Below are positions 47,303 through 55,942 of a stretch of 64,000 nt of DNA, one piece after another. The DNA is from an uncultured bacterium. GTDB taxonomy: Bacteria > Patescibacteriota > Minisyncoccia > Phycocordibacterales > GWA1-40-21. Both the position numbers and the translations under genes were made by a program. Numbering within the stretch: position 1 is the stretch's first letter; each line of letters starts with the position of its first letter. The DNA lies in the NCBI GenBank assembly GCA_903831305.1, contig CAIKXE010000011.1, positions 12,002-76,001 of the forward strand, written 5' to 3'. Under the pieces are notes generated by a model, which saw nothing but the letters and a program-made list of their open reading frames with translations, had not been told where the DNA came from and ran no database searches.

Positions 47303-48172
47303 ATGAAGACTTTAAAACAATATATTTTAGAAGCGGAGAAAAAGGGGATAGCGATCGGACATTTTAATATCTCTAACCTGGAGACTTTGAAAGGCATCTT
47401 TGAAGCCGCTCGGAAGCTGGACTTGCCGGTGATTATTGGTACCGCGGAGGGAGAGAGAAATTATATTGGTGTTAAGCAAGCCGTGGCACTCGTAAAAAGT
47501 CTACGGGAGGAGTTTGATTACCCTATTTTTCTAAATGCTGATCATACTTACTCCTTTGATAAAGTAAAAGAAGCCGTGGATGCTGGTTATGATGCGGTGA
47601 TCTTTGATGCTACCAGCCTACCCTTTGAGGAAAATATTAAAATTACCAAGCAGTGTGTGGAGTATGCTAGAAGTGTGAATCCGGATATTATCGTGGAAGC
47701 GGAGCTTGGTTTTATTGGTAGCTCATCTAAGGTGCTGGATGGTATTCCGGAAGGAGTAAAAATTACAGAAGAATATTTGACCAAGCCTGAAGAAGCCAAA
47801 AAGTTTGTGGTGGAAACTGGGGTGGATATGCTGGCCCCAGCAGTCGGTAATATTCACGGGATGCTCAAAGGTGGTAAGGACCCAGCCTTAAATATCAAGC
47901 GTATCAAGGAGATTAAGAAAGCCGTGGGTATCCCTATGGTTCTACATGGGGCTTCGGGTAACTCGGCTTCAGATGTAAAAGAAGCTATTTTAGCTGGAAT
48001 GTCTGTGGTCCATGTCAGTACGGAAATTCGCGTGGCTTTCCGCAAGGCCTTGGTTAAGTCTCTCCAGGATAATCCTGACGAAGTGGCGCCATATAAATAC
48101 CTCAAGGAAGCCGTTATGGCGGTGGAACAAGTAGTGGAGCAAAAACTCAGCCTTTTTAGTAATTTGGATTAG
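47303..48172 (+). CDS. fba: class II fructose-bisphosphate aldolase
   Basis: GHFN, NADH, VEAELG, GVDMLAPAVGNIHG, LHGASG. Confidence 0.92.
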   Translation: MKTLKQYILEAEKKGIAIGHFNISNLETLKGIFEAARKLDLPVIIGTAEGERNYIGVKQAVALVKSLREEFDYPIFLNADHTYSFDKVKEAVDAGYDAVIFDATSLPFEENIKITKQCVEYARSVNPDIIVEAELGFIGSSSKVLDGIPEGVKITEEYLTKPEEAKKFVVETGVDMLAPAVGNIHGMLKGGKDPALNIKRIKEIKKAVGIPMVLHGASGNSASDVKEAILAGMSVVHVSTEIRVAFRKALVKSLQDNPDEVAPYKYLKEAVMAVEQVVEQKLSLFSNLD

Positions 48173-50088
48173 ACACCGATAATCACCGGGATCACCATCG
48201 GTTTTTTAGCCGTCTTTTGGAAGAGGTATTTACTGATGGCATCGGTGACGGCATTTTTTACATAGTCAAAATCAATCGGCTTCATGCCAGCTGCGGTAGT
48301 CTCAATAGTTTTCTTAATGATAAACCGAGTTTCAGTCAAAAGTTCTTGGGACTCACGTAAGTAGACAAACCCGCGTGAAATAATATCTGGGGATTTTTTG
48401 AGCTTACAAGTAGTGGTGTTGATACTAGCAATGATGACAAACATCCCGTCTTGAGCCAGCATTTGACGGTCTCTGATTACCACTTCCTGGACATCACCAA
48501 TGGAGAAACCATCCACCATCACTAGTCCGGATGGTGCCTTTTCTTTCAGGATTTGAATTTTCTCGCCATCACGGATTTCAATAATACTACCATTGTCTGG
48601 TACCACAATATTTTCTCGGGGGGTGCCGAGGGAAGCGGAGAGGTCCGCATTCATCTTGAGCATATAGTGATGTCCGTGCACGGGCATAAAAAACTTGTGT
48701 GGAATCTGTTTTTGGATCCAGGCTAGTTCTTCACGTTTGCCGTGTCCACCAGCATGCACATCCGTATCAGAATAAGTGATAATCCGGGCATCATGGCGGT
48801 AGAGGTTATCCTTTAGACCAGTGATAGCACGTTCGTTGCCAGGAATTACGGAGGAAGAAAGGATGATAGTATCAGTTTTATTCAGTTTGATTTGTTTATG
48901 ATTATTGTTAGCCATACGCATGAGCGCTGCAAACTCTTCACCCTGGGCACCAGTAGCAAGGATCATGAGCTTGTGTGGAGGATAATCTGCAATATCTTCC
49001 ACGGCAATAATGTGCTCCACGTCAGCTAGTTTGAGGAATTTGATTACTTCCACATTGTTCTTCATACTGCGACCTTCAATCACTAGTTTCTTGCCATACT
49101 TTTTGGCCATATTGATAAAGTGGATAATGCGCTCAACCTGCGAGGCAAAGGTGGCAATCACAATCCGTCCGGTCACCTCACTCACTATCTTATCAATGGT
49201 TTTAATCACTTGATTTTCGGAGATGGTCCAACCCGGTTTTTCAATACCGGTGGAGTCCATGGTCAAAAGCAGGACTTTGCGGTCTTTGAAAAATTTGTAT
49301 TGCTCAAATTCTTTTGGGGCCACTACTCCGTTTTCATTTTCCACGCGAACATCACCGGTGTTTACAATGTCACCAAGTGGAGTTTCAATGATGATACCAG
49401 TAGAATCAGGAATAGAGTGGGTAAGGCCAAAAAATTTTAGTTTTAAATCAGGGGTGAGTGGTAAAAAGCCATCATCTTTACCCACTATCTTAATATTTAA
49501 TTCTGGCAGATGAGGAAATTCGGTTTGCCTCTTTTTGATAAGTAAGGCGCCAAATTCTCTGGTGTAAATAGGTGGGTTACCAAGCTTTTCAATGAGATAG
49601 GGAATACCACCGATATGGTCCAAGTGGCCGTGGGTAATCACTAGAGCGCGAATCTTACCCCGCCTTTCCTCAAGATATTTAGTGTTAGGTAAAATGTAGT
49701 CAATACCAGGGGTTTCTTCGGTTTTAAATTGAATACCAGCATCTATCACAATGATGTCATTCTTGTACTCAATGGCGATCATGTTTTTACCCACCTCTTC
49801 CACTCCACCCAAAGGGATTACTCGGAGGGTCTTTTCTTTTAATAGGGGTACCACATCCTCAAACTTTTTGTGAGTACTTGGGCCGGTTCTTTTTTGAGGA
49901 GTAGGCCTCCGAGTATTTTTTAATTGCCTTTTGGCATTATGTTGAAGTCCAATCATAGAAGATAGGTGACCATCATGTTTTGGTACCTGCACATTTTTAA
50001 AGATAGAGCTATCGGCATGAAAAGGAGTAGAACGGCGTCTTTCGCCACCGGGGGTGTTTACGTTGCTAGTAGTGTTGTTTGTAATCAT
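48169..50088 (-). CDS. rnj: ribonuclease J
   Basis: PLGGVEEVGKNM, THGHLDHIG, HSIPD, GAQGE, HAGGH, PVHG. Confidence 0.96.
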   Translation of the reverse strand: MITNNTTSNVNTPGGERRRSTPFHADSSIFKNVQVPKHDGHLSSMIGLQHNAKRQLKNTRRPTPQKRTGPSTHKKFEDVVPLLKEKTLRVIPLGGVEEVGKNMIAIEYKNDIIVIDAGIQFKTEETPGIDYILPNTKYLEERRGKIRALVITHGHLDHIGGIPYLIEKLGNPPIYTREFGALLIKKRQTEFPHLPELNIKIVGKDDGFLPLTPDLKLKFFGLTHSIPDSTGIIIETPLGDIVNTGDVRVENENGVVAPKEFEQYKFFKDRKVLLLTMDSTGIEKPGWTISENQVIKTIDKIVSEVTGRIVIATFASQVERIIHFINMAKKYGKKLVIEGRSMKNNVEVIKFLKLADVEHIIAVEDIADYPPHKLMILATGAQGEEFAALMRMANNNHKQIKLNKTDTIILSSSVIPGNERAITGLKDNLYRHDARIITYSDTDVHAGGHGKREELAWIQKQIPHKFFMPVHGHHYMLKMNADLSASLGTPRENIVVPDNGSIIEIRDGEKIQILKEKAPSGLVMVDGFSIGDVQEVVIRDRQMLAQDGMFVIIASINTTTCKLKKSPDIISRGFVYLRESQELLTETRFIIKKTIETTAAGMKPIDFDYVKNAVTDAISKYLFQKTAKKPMVIPVIIGV

Positions 50089-50097
50089 TATTGTTAA

Positions 50098-51837
50098 TTA
50101 TTTTAATAAAAAGTTCCAAATCTGGTCCGTTTCGATATACCATTTATAGACCTCGTCAAACCGCTCCGAGCGGTTGTTCACTAGTCCGGATTTAAAGCCT
50201 TGGATTCTGGCTGGTAAAACATAAATAAATTTTGGGGAATAAATGAAAATGGCTGGAATATCGTTTTTAATTTCTGTTTCAAAAAGAGTATACTTTTTTA
50301 AGCGGGTAGCTTTGTCTGATATTTGTCTAGCATCTTCTAATAATTTATCAGCCTTGCTGTTAGTATACATGGCTATGTTATAGCCAGTATTTCTTTGTGA
50401 GGAGTGCCAAAAAGCAAAAAGGTCTAAACTCCGGTTGATAATTTCCCCAAAAAGCAAGGCGTCATATTTTCTAGGTCCGATGACACTTTGATTCAGGTCA
50501 CTGGGATCAAAGGTCTCAATTTCCACTTGTACACCAAGTAAAGCCCAGTCTTCTTTTAAAATATCCGCCACTTTTTTAAGTTCAACGGCGTTAGAAGTAG
50601 AAATAGAAAAAGCTAATTTTAAGGTTTCGGTCTTGCTTATCTTTTTTTCCCAAACACTGCCAGTTTCGTTAAATTTCCAGCCGCCTTTGGTTAGTATTTC
50701 CTTGGCTGTGGTTATGGCTTTTTCTTTATTATAGGAATTTGGTTTGCTTTCATTATTATCTAGAACCCCGTTGGGAAGGGGACCGTCTATCATTTCTCCA
50801 TAACCACCAAGCGCCTCGTTCACAATCCGGTTTTTATCCACCGTTATATCTAGAGCTTGTCTGACTTCCTTATTTAAAAATATTTTAGCTTGATTCTGAT
50901 TAAAGAATAAACCAAAGACTCGTGGTAAGGAAATCTCTTCGGTATTTGCGTTATCGTTCTTTTTAAGACTTTCCAAGCCCTGTAGTGATAGGGCATTGGT
51001 GCCATCTATCTCTCCTCTTAAATAGCCATTTAATAAATCTTTTTCGTTTAAATAAAAAATAAATTTTAAATCAGTAATATATGGTTTGCCTAGGGTGTAT
51101 TTATCAAAAGATTTTAAATCATAACTTGCAGGGATACCCAAATTATTCCGACTGACTTTACTGATGAGGTATGGTCCGGAACCAATAGGCTCAATGTTAT
51201 ATAGGCTTTGAGAAAACTGATTAGTCGTTGCGGTGCCCCAGATATGTTTTGGTAAAATACCCAAAGTGGTGTTTTCTAAAAAGGGTGAGTACGGTTGATT
51301 AAGCTTGAAGGTGACTTCTGTCTCGCTCATTTTTTTTGTTTCTACACCAACCCAGTTATTTCTCTTGGGACTGCGGAGGTTCATATCTTGGGTCATCTCA
51401 ACTGTATAGATAATATCATCAGCTGTAACCTTTACTCCGTCATGAAAATAAGCATTTGGGCGTAATTTAAAAGTATAGGTTAGTCCATCTTCAGAGACCG
51501 TATAACTCTCAGCCAAGTCTGGTATCAAATCACCACTGGCGGTGGCCCGCATCAGTCCAGAATAAATAAGGTAAGTTAAATCTCGGTCAGAATCTGATAA
51601 TTCTAGTAGGGGGTTTATAAACTGGGCTCCACCGATCAAGCCTTCAGTAAATGAACCACCATAAGCTGGTACACTGGTAACAAAGTTTAGGTTCATTTTC
51701 CAGAGTAATGATAAGCTGGATATCATGAGGACTATAGTCAAAGTTATAAAAAGAGCTTTTTCCGTCAAGCCAAAAGATTTGGCAATTTTTTCCAAATAGT
51801 TAATCCTGGTCCGATATATATTTTTGATATTTAACAT
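50098..51837 (-). CDS. peptide ABC transporter substrate-binding protein (family 5)
   Basis: INPLL, LIYSGL, PDLAESY, FHDG..VTADD, PIGSGPY. Confidence 0.9.
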   Translation of the reverse strand: MLNIKNIYRTRINYLEKIAKSFGLTEKALFITLTIVLMISSLSLLWKMNLNFVTSVPAYGGSFTEGLIGGAQFINPLLELSDSDRDLTYLIYSGLMRATASGDLIPDLAESYTVSEDGLTYTFKLRPNAYFHDGVKVTADDIIYTVEMTQDMNLRSPKRNNWVGVETKKMSETEVTFKLNQPYSPFLENTTLGILPKHIWGTATTNQFSQSLYNIEPIGSGPYLISKVSRNNLGIPASYDLKSFDKYTLGKPYITDLKFIFYLNEKDLLNGYLRGEIDGTNALSLQGLESLKKNDNANTEEISLPRVFGLFFNQNQAKIFLNKEVRQALDITVDKNRIVNEALGGYGEMIDGPLPNGVLDNNESKPNSYNKEKAITTAKEILTKGGWKFNETGSVWEKKISKTETLKLAFSISTSNAVELKKVADILKEDWALLGVQVEIETFDPSDLNQSVIGPRKYDALLFGEIINRSLDLFAFWHSSQRNTGYNIAMYTNSKADKLLEDARQISDKATRLKKYTLFETEIKNDIPAIFIYSPKFIYVLPARIQGFKSGLVNNRSERFDEVYKWYIETDQIWNFLLK

Positions 51838-51906
51838 AAATAAAGAATAAAGAGATTTAGCTTGGGCAAGCTAAGAAAATGACTTTTAATAAATAAAAAT
51901 AAATGA

Positions 51907-52143
51907 TTATTTTATAATCAGGGCTAGTAGGGAAGAAACCACAAACAGGACGGCACAGGCGATGGTGAAGTAAAATAATTTTTGTTCAAAACCTCGTCTG
52001 GTGTGAAAACCGGCGTTAAAATTGTCACCCCCGCCGAAAGAACCGCCGACGCCAGCTTCTGACTTTTGTATTAAAACAGCCACCACTAAAAGGACAGACA
52101 AGGCTATTTGGATGTATGGCAATATGCCGGCTAAACTGGTCAT
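51907..52143 (-). CDS. secG: preprotein translocase subunit SecG
   Basis: Two TM helices, LIQ...G.GG.FGG, TRRG.E; ATG 7 nt after TGCTATAAT. Confidence 0.9.
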   Translation of the reverse strand: MTSLAGILPYIQIALSVLLVVAVLIQKSEAGVGGSFGGGDNFNAGFHTRRGFEQKLFYFTIACAVLFVVSSLLALIIK

Positions 52144-52276
52144 TCGTGCCATTATAGCATAGGGGTATATTATTGCAACCTCTTGGAACCATTTTACTGG
52201 TGGATATTTATCCGATTATATGGTATACTTTTGAGCAGTCGGTTTAATAGCTTAGCAATTATTTAATTAAAATTTT

Positions 52277-52831
52277 ATGACCATTATTTATGTTTTGATT
52301 GGAATTATCATTATTTTAGCCGTTTGGGTTATCTTTGCCTATAATCATTTTATTTCTCTGATTAACAATGCCAAGGAAGCTTGGTCTGATATTGATGTCC
52401 AGCTCAAGAGGCGTTATGATTTGATTCCAAACTTGGTTAATACGGTAAAAGGGTATGCTACTCACGAAAGTAGTGCCTTTGAAAAGGTGACTCAGGCCCG
52501 CACTGCGGCTATGGGTGCCGGTAATGTGGCTGACAAGGGTAAGGCTGAGAATATGCTGACCGGAGCCTTAAAATCTGTTTTTGCTATCGCTGAGGCTTAT
52601 CCGGATCTTAAAGCTAATCAGAATTTCCTCAGTTTGCAGACCGAGCTATCAGATACTGAAAATAAAATTCAGGCTTCCCGCCGTTTTTATAATGGTAATG
52701 TCCGTGATCTAAATATTGCTATTGAGGCCTTTCCGGGCAATTTGATTGCTGGCCGTTTTCACTTTGCTAAGATGGAGCTTTTTACTCTGGAAGAAGAGGC
52801 TGCCAAGCAACCAGTTGAGGTCAAGTTCTAA
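52277..52831 (+). CDS. lemA: LemA family protein
   Basis: AWSDIDVQLKRRYDLIPNLV, EAYPDLKAN, RRFYN. Confidence 0.95.
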   Translation: MTIIYVLIGIIIILAVWVIFAYNHFISLINNAKEAWSDIDVQLKRRYDLIPNLVNTVKGYATHESSAFEKVTQARTAAMGAGNVADKGKAENMLTGALKSVFAIAEAYPDLKANQNFLSLQTELSDTENKIQASRRFYNGNVRDLNIAIEAFPGNLIAGRFHFAKMELFTLEEEAAKQPVEVKF

Positions 52832-53749
52832 ATGTCCACACTGTATACTGAACAATCTAAGAATGTCCGAAATACTTGGTTTTTGATGACCATGTTTTTG
52901 GTCGTGATTGTCGCCCTTGGCTACTTTATTAGTTACTACTACAGCAGTCCGGTAATTTTGTATGGGGCAATTATTTTTAGCTTGCTGATGAATATTTTAA
53001 GCTATTGGTATTCGGATAAAATAGTGCTTACTATGGCCGGGGCCAAGGAAGCGGATCATGATACTTATACAGATTTATATCATACGGTGGAGAATCTCTC
53101 TCTTACGGCCGGTTTGCCCATGCCCCGGGTTTACCTTATAAAGGACGGTTCACCAAATGCTTTTGCGACCGGGCGGGATAAGGAGCACGCGGTGGTAGCG
53201 GTAACTACCGGACTGTTACAGATTTTAAATAAGACCGAGCTTGAAGGTGTGATTGCTCATGAGTTATCACATATCGGCAATAGAGATATTTTACTTCAAA
53301 CCGTGATTGTGGTCTTGGTGGGCTTTGTGTCTATCCTGGCTAATATTTTTATGCGGGGTGGTATGAGGCGAGGGGATAGGGATAATGATAAGGGCGGGGG
53401 AATCCTTATGGTGGCGGGTATTGTTTTAGTTATTTTATCACCACTTTTTGCTAAATTGATTCAACTGGCTATTTCACGAAAGAGAGAATTTCTGGCCGAT
53501 GCCTCCGGGGTTCTCCTCACTCGGTATCCGGAAGGTCTTGCTTCTGCTTTGCAGAAGATTTCTCAGGCCAATATTCCTCTGCGTAATCCTAATCAGGCTA
53601 CTGCTCATCTGTTTATTGCTAATCCTTTCCCTCAAGTAAACTTGGGACAAGTTAGTAATTTAGGTAATAAGTTCTCTAGCTTATTTAGTACACATCCGCC
53701 GGTAACTGAACGTATAAAAGCTATTTTAGGAGAAAGAAAAGTAGAATAG
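52832..53749 (+). CDS. htpX: M48 zinc metalloprotease HtpX
   Basis: PNAFATG, HELSH, SRKREFLAD, STHPP. Confidence 0.93.
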   Translation: MSTLYTEQSKNVRNTWFLMTMFLVVIVALGYFISYYYSSPVILYGAIIFSLLMNILSYWYSDKIVLTMAGAKEADHDTYTDLYHTVENLSLTAGLPMPRVYLIKDGSPNAFATGRDKEHAVVAVTTGLLQILNKTELEGVIAHELSHIGNRDILLQTVIVVLVGFVSILANIFMRGGMRRGDRDNDKGGGILMVAGIVLVILSPLFAKLIQLAISRKREFLADASGVLLTRYPEGLASALQKISQANIPLRNPNQATAHLFIANPFPQVNLGQVSNLGNKFSSLFSTHPPVTERIKAILGERKVE

Positions 53750-53753
53750 GATA

Positions 53754-54419
53754 ATGAATAAAACTAAGCTTAAAAAAATAGAGGAGAAAATAAATAACCG
53801 GATTGAAGATAAAATCCTATCCCTGAAGATTTTTGATGAGCCACGCCCAAATTATATTTCTGATGTCACTATTATTGATCGGGTTTTAGAGAAGACTGTT
53901 TTGAAACTGTTCCCGCTCTTTATTCGCCCAAACTTTTTAACTATTTTTAGGTTTATTTCTATTCCTTTCATTGTTTTACTTTTGTTATCAGAAAATTATG
54001 TGTTTGGTTTTTGGTTGTTTATTGTGTCAGCTTTTACAGATGCTTTAGACGGGGCCATGGCCAGAACCAGGAATCAGATCACCGACTGGGGAATAGTTTT
54101 TGATCCTTTTGCTGATAAACTTTTAATTAGCAGTGTTTCTTTAATTGTGATTTCTAAATTCATTAGTCCGGTTTTGGCGGGGATAATAGTAGCCATAGAA
54201 GCTTTTTTGATAATTTCTTCTTATATTCGCTTCAAAGGGGAAGTGGTACCAGCCAAAACTGCGGGCAAGATAAAAATGATTTTACAATCTGTGGGAGTGG
54301 GGTTTTTATTATTATCAATTATGCTTAATCTGCCAGTCCTTATTATTGTTTCTACCTATATTTTGTATTTAGCTATCATCTTTGCTCTCCTTAGCTTGTT
54401 TGTCTATCGGTCTATTTAG
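53754..54419 (+). CDS. pgsA: CDP-alcohol phosphatidyltransferase
   Basis: PNFLTIFR, TDALDGAMAR...G..FDPFADK. Confidence 0.85.
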   Translation: MNKTKLKKIEEKINNRIEDKILSLKIFDEPRPNYISDVTIIDRVLEKTVLKLFPLFIRPNFLTIFRFISIPFIVLLLLSENYVFGFWLFIVSAFTDALDGAMARTRNQITDWGIVFDPFADKLLISSVSLIVISKFISPVLAGIIVAIEAFLIISSYIRFKGEVVPAKTAGKIKMILQSVGVGFLLLSIMLNLPVLIIVSTYILYLAIIFALLSLFVYRSI

Positions 54420-54422
54420 TAC

Positions 54423-54451
54423 TTGACAAAACGTATTTAATTGTCTATTCT
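54423..54451 (+). promoter_or_regulatory. sigma70 promoter
   Basis: TTGACA-17 nt-TATTCT. Confidence 0.7.
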
Positions 54452-54503
54452 ATTTTTAGATTGTTTGAGCACCTAGATTCTATGTAGAGAGAAAGGGGTA
54501 GCT

Positions 54504-55088
54504 ATGGCCACGAAGTTTGTGTACCTGCAAGGGGAGGATAGAGAGTTTTTGACTGATCTGTGCCAAGGGATGTATCTGGACGGTTCCTGCTACATCTTTG
54601 CCTTGGCCATGCATCGTGCCCTGGGCTGGCCGATCATCGGTCTCATGGAGGGACGCACTATCCGGCATGCTCTAGTGAGGCACCCCGGTGGTAAGCTCTG
54701 GGATGTCCGTGGGCCGGTGCCGGAGGAGATGGCGGTTGCCCCGTTTGGTCTCGCCACCTATGACTTCTCAGAAGTGGCCGAGGCCGAGCTCGTTACCCTC
54801 TGTCATGGTGAGGAGCACGTGGAGTACAAGGTAGAAATGGCCGAGAGGATGGCCCAGTCCCTGTGGCCGAACTTGCCCTGGAAGTCCAGTCAAAAGGAAC
54901 GTCTTCAGGAGTTTGCGGATGGGCTGGAGGAGTTGTCCAGGCGGACAGGGGTTTGGATTCGCAGTCCGGTGCCTGGTTGCCCGCCTGTTCTCGCCCCTGG
55001 TCTGGGGGATGAGGGCGGCTACCGGCTGAGTCAGATGCCCGTCCCCCAAGGCTACACAATAGACCGGTACTTCCCGGCCTTGATGTAA
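54504..55088 (+). CDS. GC-rich hypothetical protein with a Cys-His-Asp (papain/transglutaminase-like) arrangement
   Basis: GSCYIFALAMH...HALV...WDVRG; AAGGGG RBS-like sequence upstream. Confidence 0.7.
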   Translation: MATKFVYLQGEDREFLTDLCQGMYLDGSCYIFALAMHRALGWPIIGLMEGRTIRHALVRHPGGKLWDVRGPVPEEMAVAPFGLATYDFSEVAEAELVTLCHGEEHVEYKVEMAERMAQSLWPNLPWKSSQKERLQEFADGLEELSRRTGVWIRSPVPGCPPVLAPGLGDEGGYRLSQMPVPQGYTIDRYFPALM

Positions 55089-55106
55089 AAAAAGGAAAGC
55101 ACAAAT

Positions 55107-55150
55107 ATCACTCGAGAAGGTCACCCGACCGCTCGGGTGATTTTCTTTTT
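55107..55150 (+). terminator. intrinsic terminator
   Basis: ATCACTCGAG...CTCGGGTGAT followed by TTTCTTTTT. Confidence 0.7.
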
Positions 55151-55194
55151 AGGCTGTAAAATTATCCTTTTATATGTTAGGATACTTTTTAGAT

Positions 55195-55279
55195 GGAGAG
55201 ATGCGAGAGTGGTTTAATCGACAGACCTGGAAAGTCTGCGTGGGGCAACCCACCAAGGGTTCGAATCCCTTTCTCTCCG
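55195..55279 (+). tRNA. tRNA-Ser(GGA)
   Basis: GGAGAGA/TCTCTCC acceptor stem, CAGAC-CT-GGA-AA-GTCTG anticodon arm, long variable arm, GGTTCGAATCC; CCA not encoded. Confidence 0.95.
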
Positions 55280-55305
55280 CAATTTTTAGTGATATTATGT
55301 AGGTT

Positions 55306-55743
55306 ATGAAATCTAAGATATTAATAACCAGCATAATAATTTTAGTGGTGGTTTTTGTTTTAGTGGCGTTTTCCGCAAGGAAAAGTCCCCAAATAACCAT
55401 TGCCGGTAATACTTGGGTAGTGGAGCTAGCTGATACGGAGGATAAACAGACTTTGGGTTTGTCCAGCCGAGCCAGCTTGGTGGAAAAAACTGGTTTACTT
55501 TTTACTTTTCCAAGATTAGATAAACAATATTTCTGGATGAAGGACATGCTTTTCCCGATTGATATGATTTTTCTTGATGATAAGTGGAAAATTGTTTTAA
55601 TTGAATCAAATGTTGGGCCAGAAACTTTTCCCACAACTTTTGGTGGGCAAATTTTGGCTAAATACGTATTAGAAGTGAATGCAGGAGAAGCCAAGAAGGC
55701 AGATTTGAAAGTGGGGGACACGGCCGTTTTTCAAATTAACTAA
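55306..55743 (+). CDS. DUF192 family protein
   Basis: VELADT, GLS.R, GLLF.F, FWMKDMLFPIDMIF, YVLEVNAG. Confidence 0.92.
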   Translation: MKSKILITSIIILVVVFVLVAFSARKSPQITIAGNTWVVELADTEDKQTLGLSSRASLVEKTGLLFTFPRLDKQYFWMKDMLFPIDMIFLDDKWKIVLIESNVGPETFPTTFGGQILAKYVLEVNAGEAKKADLKVGDTAVFQIN

Positions 55744-55942
55744 TTTTTCCTAAAATTTAGGTCCTTTTTGTCTTGTATTATAAGTAAATTTTTCTGACTG
55801 GCTTTACACCTCCTTTTTTTTGACTCAGACTGTGGATTTTTAGACTTTTCCTATTCTTTTGTGTTTGGAATTAGTGTAAAATTAGCAGACCTTAAAAATA
55901 TTTTAAGAAAATTTTATTAGTCAGGATAATTTAATAAGAAAA

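Noticed and set aside
54480-55721. Minus-strand ORFs over the GC-rich gene, tRNA-Ser and DUF192
   Set aside because: Antisense frames of better-supported features; high GC lowers stop-codon frequency
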